DNA from: Neodothiora populina
Lineage: Eukaryota
Direction of reading: 5' to 3'
DNA length: 64,000 nt
NCBI RefSeq assembly: GCF_041146345.1
Contig: NW_027191419.1
Coordinates: forward strand, 682,001-746,000
Below are positions 38,503-51,401 of the stretch, piece by piece. The translations under genes and the position numbers were made by a program. How positions within the stretch are numbered: the stretch's first letter is position 1; each line of letters opens with the position of its first letter. Under the pieces are notes generated by a model that saw only the letters and a list, made by a program, of their open reading frames with translations, had not been told where the DNA came from and made no database searches.

Positions 38503-39355
38503 TTATTTGATCTGGACGCTGAACTGGGTGGTGGTCATGACAGCGTTGGAACCGCTACGAAATTTGTCAGTAACATGTTTTGGAAGATCTGGGATACGCA
38601 GTGGTTCACATACCTGAAGGGCTCGGTACCGGCACCAAGGGAAGTAAGGTACTGGCTGCTGGCAATGTACTTGTGGTTGATGAGGTAGGTGAAGAACTCC
38701 TTCAGGTCACCAGAGAAGTTGGTAACCTCCTTGGAAGCGACGAAAGAGTAAACGGTAGTGGCACCGTTAGGGCCGGAGTAAAGCTTCCAGGCAACGTTGT
38801 CAATCTTGAGAGTGGCAATGGCACTGCCGGTGGAGGAGATAGGACCAGCGCCACCGAGGGCGGCGAGCCAGATCATGATCTCGTACTCGTTGGAGCCAGA
38901 GGCGGTGGAGGAGGTGAAGAGGTCGTAGGAGACATCGGCAACAAGGTCGGAGCCGCTGTAGCTGTACTTCCAGGTGGTGGGGATGGAAGAGATGGAAGAG
39001 AGCTTCTCGGAGTTGGCGGTCAGCTTGATGTTTGCGTAAGACTTGACCTGGCCTTGGCCGCCAGACCAGTTCCACCTAAGAACATGTGCGTTAGCGATAC
39101 ATAAAGCATAGAAATGCCAATCTAGTCGTACTTGGTGTGCCAGGCGACATTGGTGCCGCTGTGGCTGTCGACACCTGAGCACTGGGAGCCAGAGCCGGCG
39201 TTCATGTTCCAGAGGTCCTGGTAAAGGGTGTAGTCACCAGTCACGGTGCTGTCCCATTGTCCGCAGATGTCGGAGCGTTCTGAGAGCATGGTAGCAGGAG
39301 CGGCCGAGACGGCGGCTCCAAGGGCAAGAACGGCTGCAGCGGTGAAAGACTTCAT
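38503..39355 (-). CDS. Secreted glycoside hydrolase family 12 (xyloglucanase/endo-beta-1,4-glucanase), 3 exons
   Basis: Signal peptide [18 protein letters not shown] followed by [31 protein letters not shown] and GTEPF (two catalytic Glu). Confidence 0.95.
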
Positions 39356-40203
39356 TTTGATATCGATGTAGGAAGTGAAGATATTGAATGGAAAGATATA
39401 GAAATGAGTGTATGAGAACGCAGTACCAGACTGTGCCTTGAATGGTTTTTTTGGAATGGGTTGAATAAAGAGACCTCGAGGGAGCAACCTACCGATTATA
39501 TACTTCCTTCTTAGCAAGCATTACATACGAAAAGACTTAAAGCGGATAGTTCGCATCTAACTCTGGCCCCCTGTTTAGCAAGTCTCCTTCCATGTCTGCT
39601 GTCAAAAGATAGTTCGTGTTTCAGGCCACATCCAGGCCGCATCGATGTGGTAGCAGCTAAGCATATTAATTAAGAGAGCAGGAGGTCATTTGTTTCATGC
39701 AGCCACTAGGCAAGGTTTCCCCACAGCGTTCCGCTGCATGAGGAATCCGACGTGACGTGCACGGCTCCATAATTGGATCGGTTCTAAGCGACGTCTCATC
39801 TGAAGACGGACGACGGCAGCGGACGACTGACTAACCGACGAAAGTTCATGGCAAATTCGACCGTCCGGCAGGCACCGAGGTCGAAGATCATTGAGATGCC
39901 TTTGGTGAAATTTATGGTTAACGCTGCAGCACGCTATGATCGACCGAATGCACTTCAATTCTTCTTTGCATAATCCACCAATGGTACGATCTATCTTGTA
40001 CAACGGCTTGCATCTTGCTGTATAATGGTCTTACTTGGTAGCGCACGGATGGTCTGGTGATGAGGTTGTTGTCAAGGGGGTCACATCGTTTATTTCTAGT
40101 AGTTTTAGCTACTGTACAAAGACATCTTAAAAGATGTATCTATTATACGTGCCGCCATATGTTATGATATTGACTAAGTTATTGGTGTCTTTGTGCCAGC
40201 AAA

Positions 40204-42601
40204 TCATTGAGTGTCATGGAAATCCTGCTTGACCCAATTCGAGCCGCCTTGAGAGCCTGCTCCATCGCCTGGTGCAGCTGCGGCAGCTGCGCCAGCGGCG
40301 GCGGCGGCGGCGACCTGATGCACACCTCCATCGCCCACACCTGGCCCCATGGAGAAGAGCATTACAAAAACGAGAATATGCAGTGCAACGCAATATCCGG
40401 CAAATAAGTTTCTACTAGTCCGTGTCGCCAAGACCATACGTGTGACCTGAAATATCGCACGCTCTGGTAGTGACATGCGTTTGAAGGCTCTGGCTGATTC
40501 GCGACCTCGGAATGCTGCAAATGGCGATATATTGGCCTCGTAGGCGGAGCGATACCGGTCTGTTGAATCTCCTATCTGAATCGCTGATGGATTGGGATTG
40601 GTGGCGTAGGCGGAGGATGAGGAAGAAGTGGCAGGCCCGCGATTGTAGGAATTCACATAGCGAGTCTTCTCATAAAGGCTGAGATTGTCCTTCTGTAGAG
40701 AGGAGATCTCGGAGCGCAGTTCCGAGATTACAGTATGCTGCTTCTGCTGCTCACTTTCGAGCTCGGCGATCTTTTTCTTGAATCGGTCTCGCTGAGCCGT
40801 GACCATGGGCAATATACCAGCTCCAGGACTGGCCTCTGCACCACGCAGATTGTCTAGTGCACGAGGGGAGTGCGAAGCGTCAAAGCCTGAAATGATAGAC
40901 GAGGTGGGTGAGCTGGCACCGCCTCGTCGGGTGCTCGCGGCATAAGACGACTTGGGATACCTACTCGTATAGGTCCCAGCCACAGACATTGCTGACGAGT
41001 CGAAAGCATTCAGCGCCTCTTGTTGTGTTGCATGCAGGTCGTTCTCCAACTGGGCGTTGAGATTGCGCGACCTCTCAAGCTCCATGTTGGTGTTGGAGAG
41101 CTCTTCTTGGAGGCTTTCCAATCGAGCTTGAAGATCATTGTGAGAGACACGCAACACTGTCATCTCGTTGCTTAGTTTCTTATTGCGCGAGAGCAATAAC
41201 TTCTCTAGCGACTCTGCTTTGTCGCCATCTGCTGCGCCATTGGATGCAGCAGTGTCCTCGGCATCTGAACCATCAGCATCGCCTGTGGCGAATTCGATAG
41301 ACTGGGGCAGTCAGCGTCACATCATCTCTCGACTTGCTTTTGTCTCAACATTACCTTCAGCATCTCGAGCTCCTGCTTGACCTCGTCGTAATCTGCCATC
41401 TTGTCCACTTTCCTTTTCAGTGTCTCTCTATCCTCCTTCAAAGCAGCGATTTCTCGCTCAAATGTACGAAGATTGCCTTCTTGCTTGCCTTTGTCTGAGT
41501 CTTTTTCGTATCGCAAAGCCTCTAGCTTCCTCATCAATGCTGAATTCTCAGAGCGAAGTCGCAGGAAAGCTGGCTCGTCCTCGACGGGCCCAGACTTAAT
41601 CGACTCGCCGGCACGAGCTGTGGATTGTGCAAGATCCAGCCTCAGCTGTTCGTTGCGAGCCTCGAGATCCGCAAGTCGCTGTTGGGTTCTGTCGAGCTCC
41701 GAGTTGAGAATCTCTAGCTCAGCGGCAGAAGCAGCTGGCACGACTCGGTCTTGGCCGTCTTCTTCTGCCTTGTCCATGCGCTGTGAAACCTCGTAGCTTG
41801 CTTTGAGTTCCTTCAATAGACGGTCCTGGTTCTCAACCTTTTCCTCGAGACTCTTTTCTCTTGCTTCCCAGTTGTCTTGTTTCTCTTTGAGCACTGCGCC
41901 CCATGACTCTTCGATCTCCTTGATCTTCTGGTCCTGAGAGGTGGCTGAGAACTGCCTTGTTGTCCTCTCCTGTTCCAATTGCTTCTCCTGATCCTCAAGC
42001 TGTTGTGAAAGCTTGGCCACGGTATTTTGCAAGTGTTTGTTCTCTGATTCGAGTTTAGGAATCACCTCTTCAGACTTGATGATGGAGTCGACCGAGGCTT
42101 CTAGCAGGGGGTATGGATCCGGAGCTTCTGAGAGAGGAGAGTAGACCTGGAGGAATGCTGCCTGTGTAGCTTTAGACTGGTTGGTGATGAGATCAATGAA
42201 GGACTGATATGATTTCAGAATAGCTTTGATCTCGCCGAGTTTGCCTGAATCATCAAGTTTGCGGAAGTCCTTTGTCTTTTGAGCCAGCTCCTTGCGCTGT
42301 ACCAGCGCGTCTCTCTGATGCGAGACCAGATCTGATGCCGCCGTATCCAGGGCAGATACCAAATTCGTGAGATCGAGGCCTGCACTTGATGAGCACTTTG
42401 TTCCTCGTACTCCTGGTTTTTACTGAGCAAATGTATATACATACTTCGCCATGATGCTATGGCTTGCTGGAATTTATTCTCCTTATTCTCCTCGCCCGGC
42501 TTACTAGATGCATCTTCCTCAGAAGCGTTATTCACTTTGGGCAATTGCTCAACATCATCCGCTGCAGCACCAGCGATGGCCTCTACCGCTTCCGCAGACA
42601 T
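40204..42601 (-). CDS. COY1: Golgi coiled-coil membrane protein CASP/Coy1, 3 exons
   Basis: RKELAQKTKDFRKL, LSEAPDPYPLLE, ILPMVTAQRDRF, DNLSLYEKTRY, YEANISPFAAFR and a C-terminal TM segment YCVALHILVF. Confidence 0.93.
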
Positions 42602-43204
42602 GTTGTCTGTGCTATATCATCGGTCGAATTGTGTTGCTCGGTTCTTGTCTACCTCAATGGAGTACACGCTGCTCGGCTACAGGCCAGATGTTTGCGAGAG
42701 CCACTAACAAAAGCTTATTAGAGACCTATCACATATGAACCCGGAGTAGCCGTGGTTTGAAGGCTTAGTCTGTGGTGTATACGAGCAATAGACAATATAT
42801 TATATGGCCCCTGAAGGATGTGGAAGTTAAAGATCACATGTGAAGTTCGCATACTTTGTATACGTAACGCACACAGTGCTGCGGCTGCTGTTTCTGTGGC
42901 TGTTGCCCGCGTACCTTCCTGTGCGGTAACCGTCTTGTTGTCTATAAGAAGAGACTGGTCTGTGCATTCCGCTTCCATGATGCTGCTTAACGCCGACACT
43001 TGACGATAGATGGTGCAACCGCAGCCGGCCGCAGGCAGCACCGACACCCCCGAACTGCCTCCCGCATTGCGTTGTGTCTGCAGCGCGTGGATGATCGTCG
43101 ACAATCACCGGATTAGCTCGACGATTATACATTGAAGAAAAGGCATAACGGTAAGATGGGAGACATCATGTCATGATGTTTATAACAGTAATAGGAGGGT
43201 CAAT

Positions 43205-46200
43205 ATGGAAGCCATAGGGAGCTCTGCTGCAAGCCAATCGCGCTCAGCTCAAGATAATAACGGAGCATATGTATTGCGAGAGCTAATTCGTGACGTACCA
43301 TTGTCTGCCGACGGTGACAACCATGATGTTTATATCACCGCTGTCGAGGCCTGGGGTGCGTAGTATCCATGTGACAAGCTGGGGCTTGATACAAGCTCGA
43401 TACTAATGTCTCGCGACAGAGGGCAATCTGTATATAGGTTCATCCGATGGTCAGATACTTCATTTCGTGTCTATTCCTCCAGACCCATCTTCGGGATCAG
43501 ATCAGCCAGAGTATATCCTGGCTTCGAGGAATGAGCCTGCGTATACAACCGCGCAGACTTCGCCTCTGAGGTTGCCCGGTGTTGAGCAGATCTTGCTGCT
43601 CCCGCTTGTTGGAAAGGCCTGCATCCTTTGCAATGGCACTCTTACTTTCTATACCTTGCCGGAACTCAGCCCTGCCTTTGGCGGAAAGATCAAGCAGAGC
43701 GACTGCACTTGGATTGGTGGGATCGACAGAAACCTCATCGATGAGGAGCAAGATCCAGACCAAGGTTCAATTATCGTGATCTGTCTAAAGTCGAGATTAC
43801 GCCTGATTAGGATCGGGGAACAGGCTCGCAAGATTCGAGATATCGAGGTCGGTGGCGTACTTGACCTCCAAAGACGTGATGATCTGGCCTGCGTTGCCGA
43901 TTCACGCTCTTACGCCCTCTTGGATGTTGTCAATCAGCGCAAAATTGATCTATTTCCCATCTCTTCTGATCTACCGCGGAGTCGCTCTACAAGTCCGGCG
44001 CCAACGTCAACACCGACACCTCGCCATCTTGATCGGGTTCCTTCGCGAAGTGTCTCCACAAGCAGTACCCAGCGTCCGCCACACCTACGAGCACACAATC
44101 GACAATCTAGCTTAGGAAATTCACCTAAGCCAACGGATCGTTTGAGGCCTGAGAGCCCATGGCCACCCCGGAGTGTCTCCAGATCCAGCAGATCCCCAAG
44201 TCCGAGCAGATCACGAAGCCCTGCTGTAGACACAGATAATAAGCCCTTGCCCCAGACTCCACAAAGGGTTCCCTCACCGGCCAGACCTGCAACTTCAGCC
44301 ATCCCCCTCAGACCTCACGTTGCCTCTCCAAATCCGAATGAATTTCTTCTGACGACCGGCACTTCGAGAGATGATCCGGGCGTGGGCATGTTTGTTAACC
44401 TTGACGGGGATGTAGTCAGAGGCACTGTCGATTTCATGAGTTATCCAGATGCACTGCTACTTGACGGACAAGGCGCCGACCCCTTGAATCCTCCTCCACC
44501 CGGGCAGGCACCGGATGAAGGATACATCCTGGCAGTTGTACGGCGGGATCAAGATCGCTTGCTAGAATATCAGCGATGGGATATCGAGACGGGCGAGTCT
44601 CGTCACGTAAAAGGTTGGTTGTCGCTGCCCAAACCTGTAGGCGAAGACAGCAAAGCACTCTACACTGTCGGGTTGCGCAATGCAGCCACAGAAATCACTT
44701 TGACCGTGCCAGAGATAACGAGCGCGCTGAGTTTGCGGCGATTGCAAATCGATACATCCGAAGCCACCGACGAGGATAACGATGCTAAGCGAGAAAAAGA
44801 CGAGGATTCTCTGATCGCACAATTCGCCAAAGTACAAGCTAATGTGCTTCTATACGCTGGCGACGGTATATCTTGGGTGGTACGCAATCCTGTAGTCGTT
44901 CGTCTTGAGTCACAGTTACGAGCTAGTAGCGCCGTAACTGACGCGGGATTTACAGTCGATCGCGACAAGGTATTGGAAATCACAAACAGCATCCGTGGGC
45001 TAGAAGCCCGTAACGAATCCGAGTTCTTGGGATTCAACTATGTTCGTCAACAAGCATCGCTTTTGCTTTTGATTGATCTTATCCTCACGACTGAAGCTGG
45101 GAGGACAGCTTCGGACCGTGATAAGCGTTTGACCGTCGAGACGCTAGTCATCGGCGAGATCGATCCCCGTATCATCGTCTCCATCATCCCACTGCTTTCA
45201 GATGAGGTCATTGAAGGACCTCAAGGTATGTGGGTCCCTGGTGGCTTACGAAATACCATCGAAGCCTTCCGGAGAACGCAAATACTTGAAGTTGCGCCCC
45301 AGGATCCCGATGGTCCATATGGCGACAACCTTCTGCACGTGCTCAAGGAATATCTCCTTGTATGGAGACGTAAAAAGGGATTTGGAAGTGTGGCTGACGA
45401 AACGCAAGTCTTCCACACCGTTGACGCGAGTCTCTTGCATCTCCTTCTCATGCTTGACAAGACTAGCCCACAAGGACCTGCACGTGCTGGTTCAGTCCGT
45501 GCCGAGCTGAACGATGTGGTCGATCACGGTGTTGAGTGCTTCGACCGGGCAGTAGAACTGCTAGAGAAATACCAACGGCTCTATATCCTCAGTCGCCTTT
45601 ACCAAAGCCGTAAGCAGGTCGGCCAGGTCTTGGCGACGTGGAAGCGCATCTTAGACGGGGAGCCTGACCACGGTGGTGAGCTAGTCGATGGGGAGCAAGA
45701 TGTACGCAAATATCTAGCTCGCATTAAAGATCCACAGCTCGTCAAGGACTACGGCACCTGGCTCGCGAACCGAAATTCTAAATTGGGTGTTCAGATTTTT
45801 GCGGACGAAACAAGCAGAGTGACATTTACCTCGACCGAAGCAGTGGATCTGCTCAAAGAAAGAGCCCCAGCTGCTGTGAAAGACTACCTCGAGCATCTTG
45901 TCTTTGGCAAGAATCACATTCAATATGTCAACGACCTGATTACATTCTATCTCGACACCGTCCTAGACGCCATTTCGACATCTGAAGCAGCACGGACTTC
46001 TCTCACAGACTCATATACCACCTACCGCGCATTACAACCCCCCAAGCCCACATACCGCCAATTCATAACAGAAAACTCAACGGTGGAAACATCCGACTCG
46101 GACTGGTGGGCCAACCGCCTCCGTCTTCTACAACTAATAGGAGGCAGCCACGACGCGGCGAACCGCTACGACGTGGACAAACTCGCGTCGCGTCTACAAC

Positions 46201-46775
46201 CCTACGCGGACGTCCTAGTCCCAGAAATGATCATCCTGTCCGGCCGACGAGGCGAACACGTCGAAGCCTTGCGCCTCCTAGTGCGCGGCCTAGGCGACTA
46301 CGACACAGCAATACGCTACTGCCTGCTCGGCGGCTCGAGCATCTTCAACCCCTCATCAACCATGACCTCCTCCGCCTCGGCGGCCTCACATATCCCCACC
46401 GATCCGCCCAAATTCCCCTCAAAACAAGAACAAGAACTCCTCTTCCGCCACCTCCTCGACGAATTCCTACACTTACCTGACCTGCGCGAGCGCACCGACC
46501 GCAGCGCCGAACTCCTAGACAAATTCGCGCCCTTTTTCGACCTCGCCGACGTCCTCGCGCTGCTTCCGCCTGACTGGCCCGTCGCGACTGTCGAGACGTT
46601 CGTCACGCATGCGCTGCGCAGTCTTGTGCGCGAGAGGAATGAGAGCGTTGTCGTCAAGGCGTTGAGCTCGGCGCAGAATTTGAGGACTGCGGTGCAGTTC
46701 GTTGAGAAAATCGAGGGGTTGCAGGGGCGGGGCGCTGTCTGGGAGAGTGTTAAGAAGGACAGTGGCGTTGCTTGA
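43205..46775 (+). CDS. CNH-domain CORVET/HOPS-type subunit (Vps3/TGFBRAP1/Vam6-like)
   Basis: ITAVEAW/NLYIGSSDG beta-propeller start, EFLLTTGT...GMFVNLDGD, KDYLEHLV and LLVRGLGDYDTAIRYC. Intron at about 43356-43419. Confidence 0.82.
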
Positions 46776-47189
46776 GCTTTTACTTTACTTCGCATTGTGG
46801 GTGTAGTGCTAGAGGATGTAGGCGAGGGACGGCGAATTGGCATGACTGAAAATTAAGGGGTTTTCACATCTGAGAGAATATATTGTACAGATCTTCGATG
46901 CGAGTGAGAAGCGTTTTGAGCCTGGGGACGATGTTACGGAAGATAGAATAGAACCTCTGTGTAATACTGGATCGAAAAGACTATTTAGACCTGCCTATCA
47001 TCTTCATCATCATGTCGTTAGTCATTACATGTCGAAGGAGAAGAACAATGCCGATTCTCTTGTGCTGTTATCCAACGTCTCCACAACCATGCCAACATTT
47101 TCATTTCTCCTCGGAGCAAGTCATCTCTCTACATATCTTCCTGGTCATTGTGTTCGTAATCATCCAGCGAAACTTTCCTTCAGCACATA

Positions 47190-50100
47190 TCAATTGTCCA
47201 GCGTATCGTCACCACGGCCATTACCCCACCCATCGCTCCCGCCACTCTCGATCCTCGTCGAAGCCCTGCCCTTCCTGGGTTTCAAACTCCTATAGACCTC
47301 ATCAACAATGACTCGCCTCCTGCTCCCTCTCACCACCCCGTCCACCTCACCGCCCAAGACACCGTCATTGTTATTGAAAGCCTTGAGATAGCACAATTCC
47401 CCACCAGCGACTCTGAACACAAGTGCTGGACCGGTGGGATACTTGGACCCGCTGTACTTGGGGTTCATGTGGCGTTCGTAGTAGAATGCTGATGCGCGCA
47501 GGAGGTCCCATGTCGAGAATTCGTGTTGGAGTCGTCTTTGGGTCCAGGTGTGGATTATGGGATGGCTGTCTCGAGAAAAAGTAGGATTGATGGAGCAGTA
47601 AAGGTTGTAGCATTCGAGGTAGCATTTTTCACTTGCTACTTGGTGCTTTGGGTTGTTGCGATCACGACCACCGTTCATTGTCTTGGTCCATCTTGTTTCG
47701 ACGTGCTTGAGGTCGGCGACGAGACTTTCTAGGGTTTCGGTGATGATAGGGTCGGATGAATATCGTTGTTTGTAATCGAGATAGGGGTTTGCAAGGTCAG
47801 GATCATCGGGGGTTGCTGGTTCGAGGAGAGATTCTAGATGTTTCTTCATAATCGATATTCGGGGGTTCACGACTTCGAATAAAATGACATCGATGATGTG
47901 GTCTTTATTGTATGAGCGTACATCATCGCCCTTGACACCTTTGCTCTTTTGGTGACTAAGTTGCTTTTCGTAAGCAGGTATCTCGGGTTCCACGATATCA
48001 CGTTTCCTTTTGAATGCTTTGAATGCCTTTGAGTCGAAGGTGTACCCATTCTTGGCACTGTCGATGATAAGGTCATGAAGATCGACAATATCCGTCACTG
48101 ATTTGGACGAGATACTGTTCTCTTTGTAGGCTTGCCTTTTATGCAGGTTCGTGACCTGTCCAAGAAGATCATCTTGTAGCCGGAAGTCAAAGCTTCTTGC
48201 AATCCAGTTGTTGACATCCATAGCATCGAGCTTTGGCTGGTCGGTAGTCGTGTGCACCCCAAGTATCTCTCCTAGTCTTCTGCTATCGACCTTAACAGAG
48301 AGATTCTCAAGCTGACCATTTCCTACAACAGGTGCCGGAGCATTAAGAAAAGGAGCTGTGATACGACTGTCCCAGCAGATCCAGAATGTATCGCCATCAT
48401 AATCACCGCCCTGTAGTTTGTCTGCAAGGGGTCTATGGCCCTGAGTAGGAAAGACAACGACATCTCTCAGATGGCTTAGTTCCTCTTTGTAGACCGCTTT
48501 TACCTTTTGTATGTCTGAACGTCGAAGCGAGGGGTGACGAGCGACTAATACCTCACCGTTTAAGTGTGACCAAGATGTGTCCTCGTCCTCGAAAGGTTTT
48601 GAGAAGCCCAAGTAGATCTCACCGGGTTTGAGGACGCGTTCGGGAGTAGGATCAGCAATCCCGTACACCATAGTTGATCTTGCCAAAGGAACTTTCAGTT
48701 TCTCACGTAGCTGTTGAGTCCACATAGACACGAAGTTGGTGAGTGAAGATGCAAGTTGTGGGCACGCTTTCGGTCGAAAGCCGCTTTCTACGAGTAAGAT
48801 GATTTGTTCGACAGACTGCTCCGGGAAGCCATGTTCCCAAGCAATGCCAACGTCACGATTGGTCTCTTCCAGATGAGCACTTTGTTTATGTACCCAGCAG
48901 CGGAGTTCGGGAGGATCGTCTAAGGAATCATAGAGGTTCTCAAAGTCCATTTGCAACCGTTCGCTTACTATTCTGCATAGTATTTCGCGCGAGACATGGC
49001 GGTCCTGCAAGATGGGCATGAAACCCAGATACAGGTTTGATGGTTTTGGTGGCCCACTGGGCTTAACGACGTCGAAGGTCCAACGTTCAACATCACAGGT
49101 AGAGTCTTGGAGATCTTTTACCGATGGAACGACTTTACGCTGACTCTCCGTTACCTGTATCCAGATTGCTTGTTGCTGGGGGTCTGCTGTATCGTAAGGC
49201 GCACTCATAGACCATATCCCCTTACAGCCATTGATACGACCTTGGAAAGACACCGGCTTCATACCTGAAACGCCCAACATCTCACAGATCATTTTTGCAG
49301 CACCTACAGATATCTTCGAGCACCCGTCATTCATGACTGTAGACCCATCATAGCTGGATGAAAATGTCAGGCATGGGTCATTGAAGGAAGTATCGTCTGG
49401 AACAGCGTTTGCGGGCGTGTCTCGAACGAATTGTACCTGGCTCGGTCTAAAGCGAATGGTGGGCTTTGTTTGTTTGAGACTAAGGTCTATCCGGGCATAT
49501 GCTTTACAGAATGGTTGTTCAAGGTTCTCCCTCAGAGGCACAATCCAGTCTAGGAGTTCTCCGATGCTGACATTTGTCATACCAGGCCCCGAGGTAGCGA
49601 ATAGAACTGCCCGATAGTAGCCAGATAGTTCTTTGTCGGACCCATTGCCATCTTTGATGGGTTGGACGTGGAAAGGGTGCCAAGTGACACCCAAGAAAGA
49701 TTTTTCCACTGAAAGCCACTCGCGCAATCGTCGTGTATAGGTCCTCTTGCTCCCATGCTCTACAGGTATTTTGGAAGAGCCCGGAATATCAATATACAAG
49801 AATCGGTGTGAGCCGAAAGCTCTCTGTAACCGCGAGGTTGGGCCGCTCTGCAGAGGCATTACATGCAAGCCGAAAAGCTTCTTTCGAGACGAGTTCTGGG
49901 GACTAGGGACTAGTCTTACTTTGTAGGCAATGTTAAGGATATCCTCTTGTGCGCCATGGGATAATAGCGACGAAGGACTTCGCGCAAATGGCTGTTTATG
50001 CGTTTTGAGCGGCTTCATGGAATCATAGATACCCTGTATGGTAGTATTCTGATTGATATGGACATCGCCGAGACTCATAGAGAGGTGATTTGCAACTCTG

Positions 50101-51401
50101 CACGCCTCCCAGCGAATATTGAAGGGCAGAACATCCATCAGGCGCGAATAGTCGGAGGAGAACAAGCCATGTTGTGGCAGATCACGAATCCAGCACGGTT
50201 CTGTGACCTTGCAAATGTCCTGAGAACTGGAGATGTTGATTCGTGCCTTTGAAGTTCCCTGCCTGTTTGCGACGCGGGGCATAGGTCTCGACGGAGAGGT
50301 GTGGGTCATGCTGCAAGAATTAGTCTGAGAACCAGACCTCAGACTGTAACGCGCGGGGGAAAGCTGTATGGTGTGAGACTTGACGCCTCGCGTGCTTTTG
50401 TGGGCAACCAGATCATCTTCCGAATCTGGCTCAGTGTCAGACATGGAGTCATCATGTGTGTCTGCAATGATTGCCGTGGATGCCATCTGCTTCGACAGCC
50501 TTGTAGCAAAGCTTTCACCAAGCCTGGATTGATCAAAACTTGTCATTAGCCTCTCAGCTTGCGACACATCAAGATCTGAATGATCCCATGCATCTTCATC
50601 TTCATCTTCACCAGTGAGCGCAGTTGCGAAAGAAGTAGCATTGATGGACACACGACTTCCTACGTTCACACTAGTTGCAAAGGAGGTCTTCACCGAAGTT
50701 GCGCGACTGGATGCGAATGACGCAGAAGCATCGCTGCGTTGAGCTGCGGTCTCATTACCTTCGCAACGGACATACTTGGACGAATGGGGATGTGACTCGT
50801 TATCGCAACGACGCTTCCTAGGCTCAGGATTTGCTGGTGTTGCCAATCCCTCGCGACTCTTCGTCTGACTCAAATCGAGCTTACTAGACGGCCAGGAAAG
50901 AGTCGTTTGACGCAGCGCACTTTTCTTTCTTGCCGAATGTCTATTAGATGGAGACCTTGACGATGGTTGACCAGCGCCTTCACTTTTACTTAGAGATCTG
51001 AGCTGATGTTCATGGACGGACCGCGGTGTCACTGCAAGTACAGGAATCCTGTCGCTTCCTTTTCGTGCCTTTTCTAGCTTGATAAAGTCATCCAGAATGG
51101 CAAGGAAATGATGCAGTAGTCTGCCATGAACGACTTTCTCACGGCGGTCAGTCCGCAATTGCCTCACAGCGAGTTCCAAAACCGGTCGGTTGTTGAAGAA
51201 GAGGAAGCGTATCGAGCTGATACATCTTTCTGTGTCATGACAAGACGCTCTGTGTCTTTCGCTTGGAGAGACCAATTCCACACCAGCCTTCAGAGGCAAA
51301 TGGAACTCGTCGGCGATTGCTTGAATCACGACGTCGATGTTGCTGCTGGCTCGTTTAGGAGTAGCGGGCGAATGGCCGTGGAGCGGGGCCGGGCCGTTCA
51401 T
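47190..51401 (-). CDS. Cellular RNA-dependent RNA polymerase (RNAi), QDE-1-like
   Basis: Intronless ORF of about 1400 aa with MNDGCSKIS, FQGRINGCKGIW, VLVARHP...DIQKV, DVVVFP and LADKLQGGDYDGD (catalytic DxDGD). The first ATG is at 51401. Confidence 0.93.
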   Translation of the reverse strand: MNGPAPLHGHSPATPKRASSNIDVVIQAIADEFHLPLKAGVELVSPSERHRASCHDTERCISSIRFLFFNNRPVLELAVRQLRTDRREKVVHGRLLHHFLAILDDFIKLEKARKGSDRIPVLAVTPRSVHEHQLRSLSKSEGAGQPSSRSPSNRHSARKKSALRQTTLSWPSSKLDLSQTKSREGLATPANPEPRKRRCDNESHPHSSKYVRCEGNETAAQRSDASASFASSRATSVKTSFATSVNVGSRVSINATSFATALTGEDEDEDAWDHSDLDVSQAERLMTSFDQSRLGESFATRLSKQMASTAIIADTHDDSMSDTEPDSEDDLVAHKSTRGVKSHTIQLSPARYSLRSGSQTNSCSMTHTSPSRPMPRVANRQGTSKARINISSSQDICKVTEPCWIRDLPQHGLFSSDYSRLMDVLPFNIRWEACRVANHLSMSLGDVHINQNTTIQGIYDSMKPLKTHKQPFARSPSSLLSHGAQEDILNIAYKVRLVPSPQNSSRKKLFGLHVMPLQSGPTSRLQRAFGSHRFLYIDIPGSSKIPVEHGSKRTYTRRLREWLSVEKSFLGVTWHPFHVQPIKDGNGSDKELSGYYRAVLFATSGPGMTNVSIGELLDWIVPLRENLEQPFCKAYARIDLSLKQTKPTIRFRPSQVQFVRDTPANAVPDDTSFNDPCLTFSSSYDGSTVMNDGCSKISVGAAKMICEMLGVSGMKPVSFQGRINGCKGIWSMSAPYDTADPQQQAIWIQVTESQRKVVPSVKDLQDSTCDVERWTFDVVKPSGPPKPSNLYLGFMPILQDRHVSREILCRIVSERLQMDFENLYDSLDDPPELRCWVHKQSAHLEETNRDVGIAWEHGFPEQSVEQIILLVESGFRPKACPQLASSLTNFVSMWTQQLREKLKVPLARSTMVYGIADPTPERVLKPGEIYLGFSKPFEDEDTSWSHLNGEVLVARHPSLRRSDIQKVKAVYKEELSHLRDVVVFPTQGHRPLADKLQGGDYDGDTFWICWDSRITAPFLNAPAPVVGNGQLENLSVKVDSRRLGEILGVHTTTDQPKLDAMDVNNWIARSFDFRLQDDLLGQVTNLHKRQAYKENSISSKSVTDIVDLHDLIIDSAKNGYTFDSKAFKAFKRKRDIVEPEIPAYEKQLSHQKSKGVKGDDVRSYNKDHIIDVILFEVVNPRISIMKKHLESLLEPATPDDPDLANPYLDYKQRYSSDPIITETLESLVADLKHVETRWTKTMNGGRDRNNPKHQVASEKCYLECYNLYCSINPTFSRDSHPIIHTWTQRRLQHEFSTWDLLRASAFYYERHMNPKYSGSKYPTGPALVFRVAGGELCYLKAFNNNDGVLGGEVDGVVRGSRRRVIVDEVYRSLKPRKGRASTRIESGGSDGWGNGRGDDTLDN

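Noticed and set aside
39400..40100. XlnR/ClrB/CreA sites upstream of GH12
   Set aside because: No GGCTAA or CGGN8CCG seen; a lone SYGGRG match is expected by chance.
47190..51401. Viral or endogenised RdRP
   Set aside because: It has the cellular double-psi-barrel DxDGD motif, not the viral GDD palm, and no viral genes flank it.
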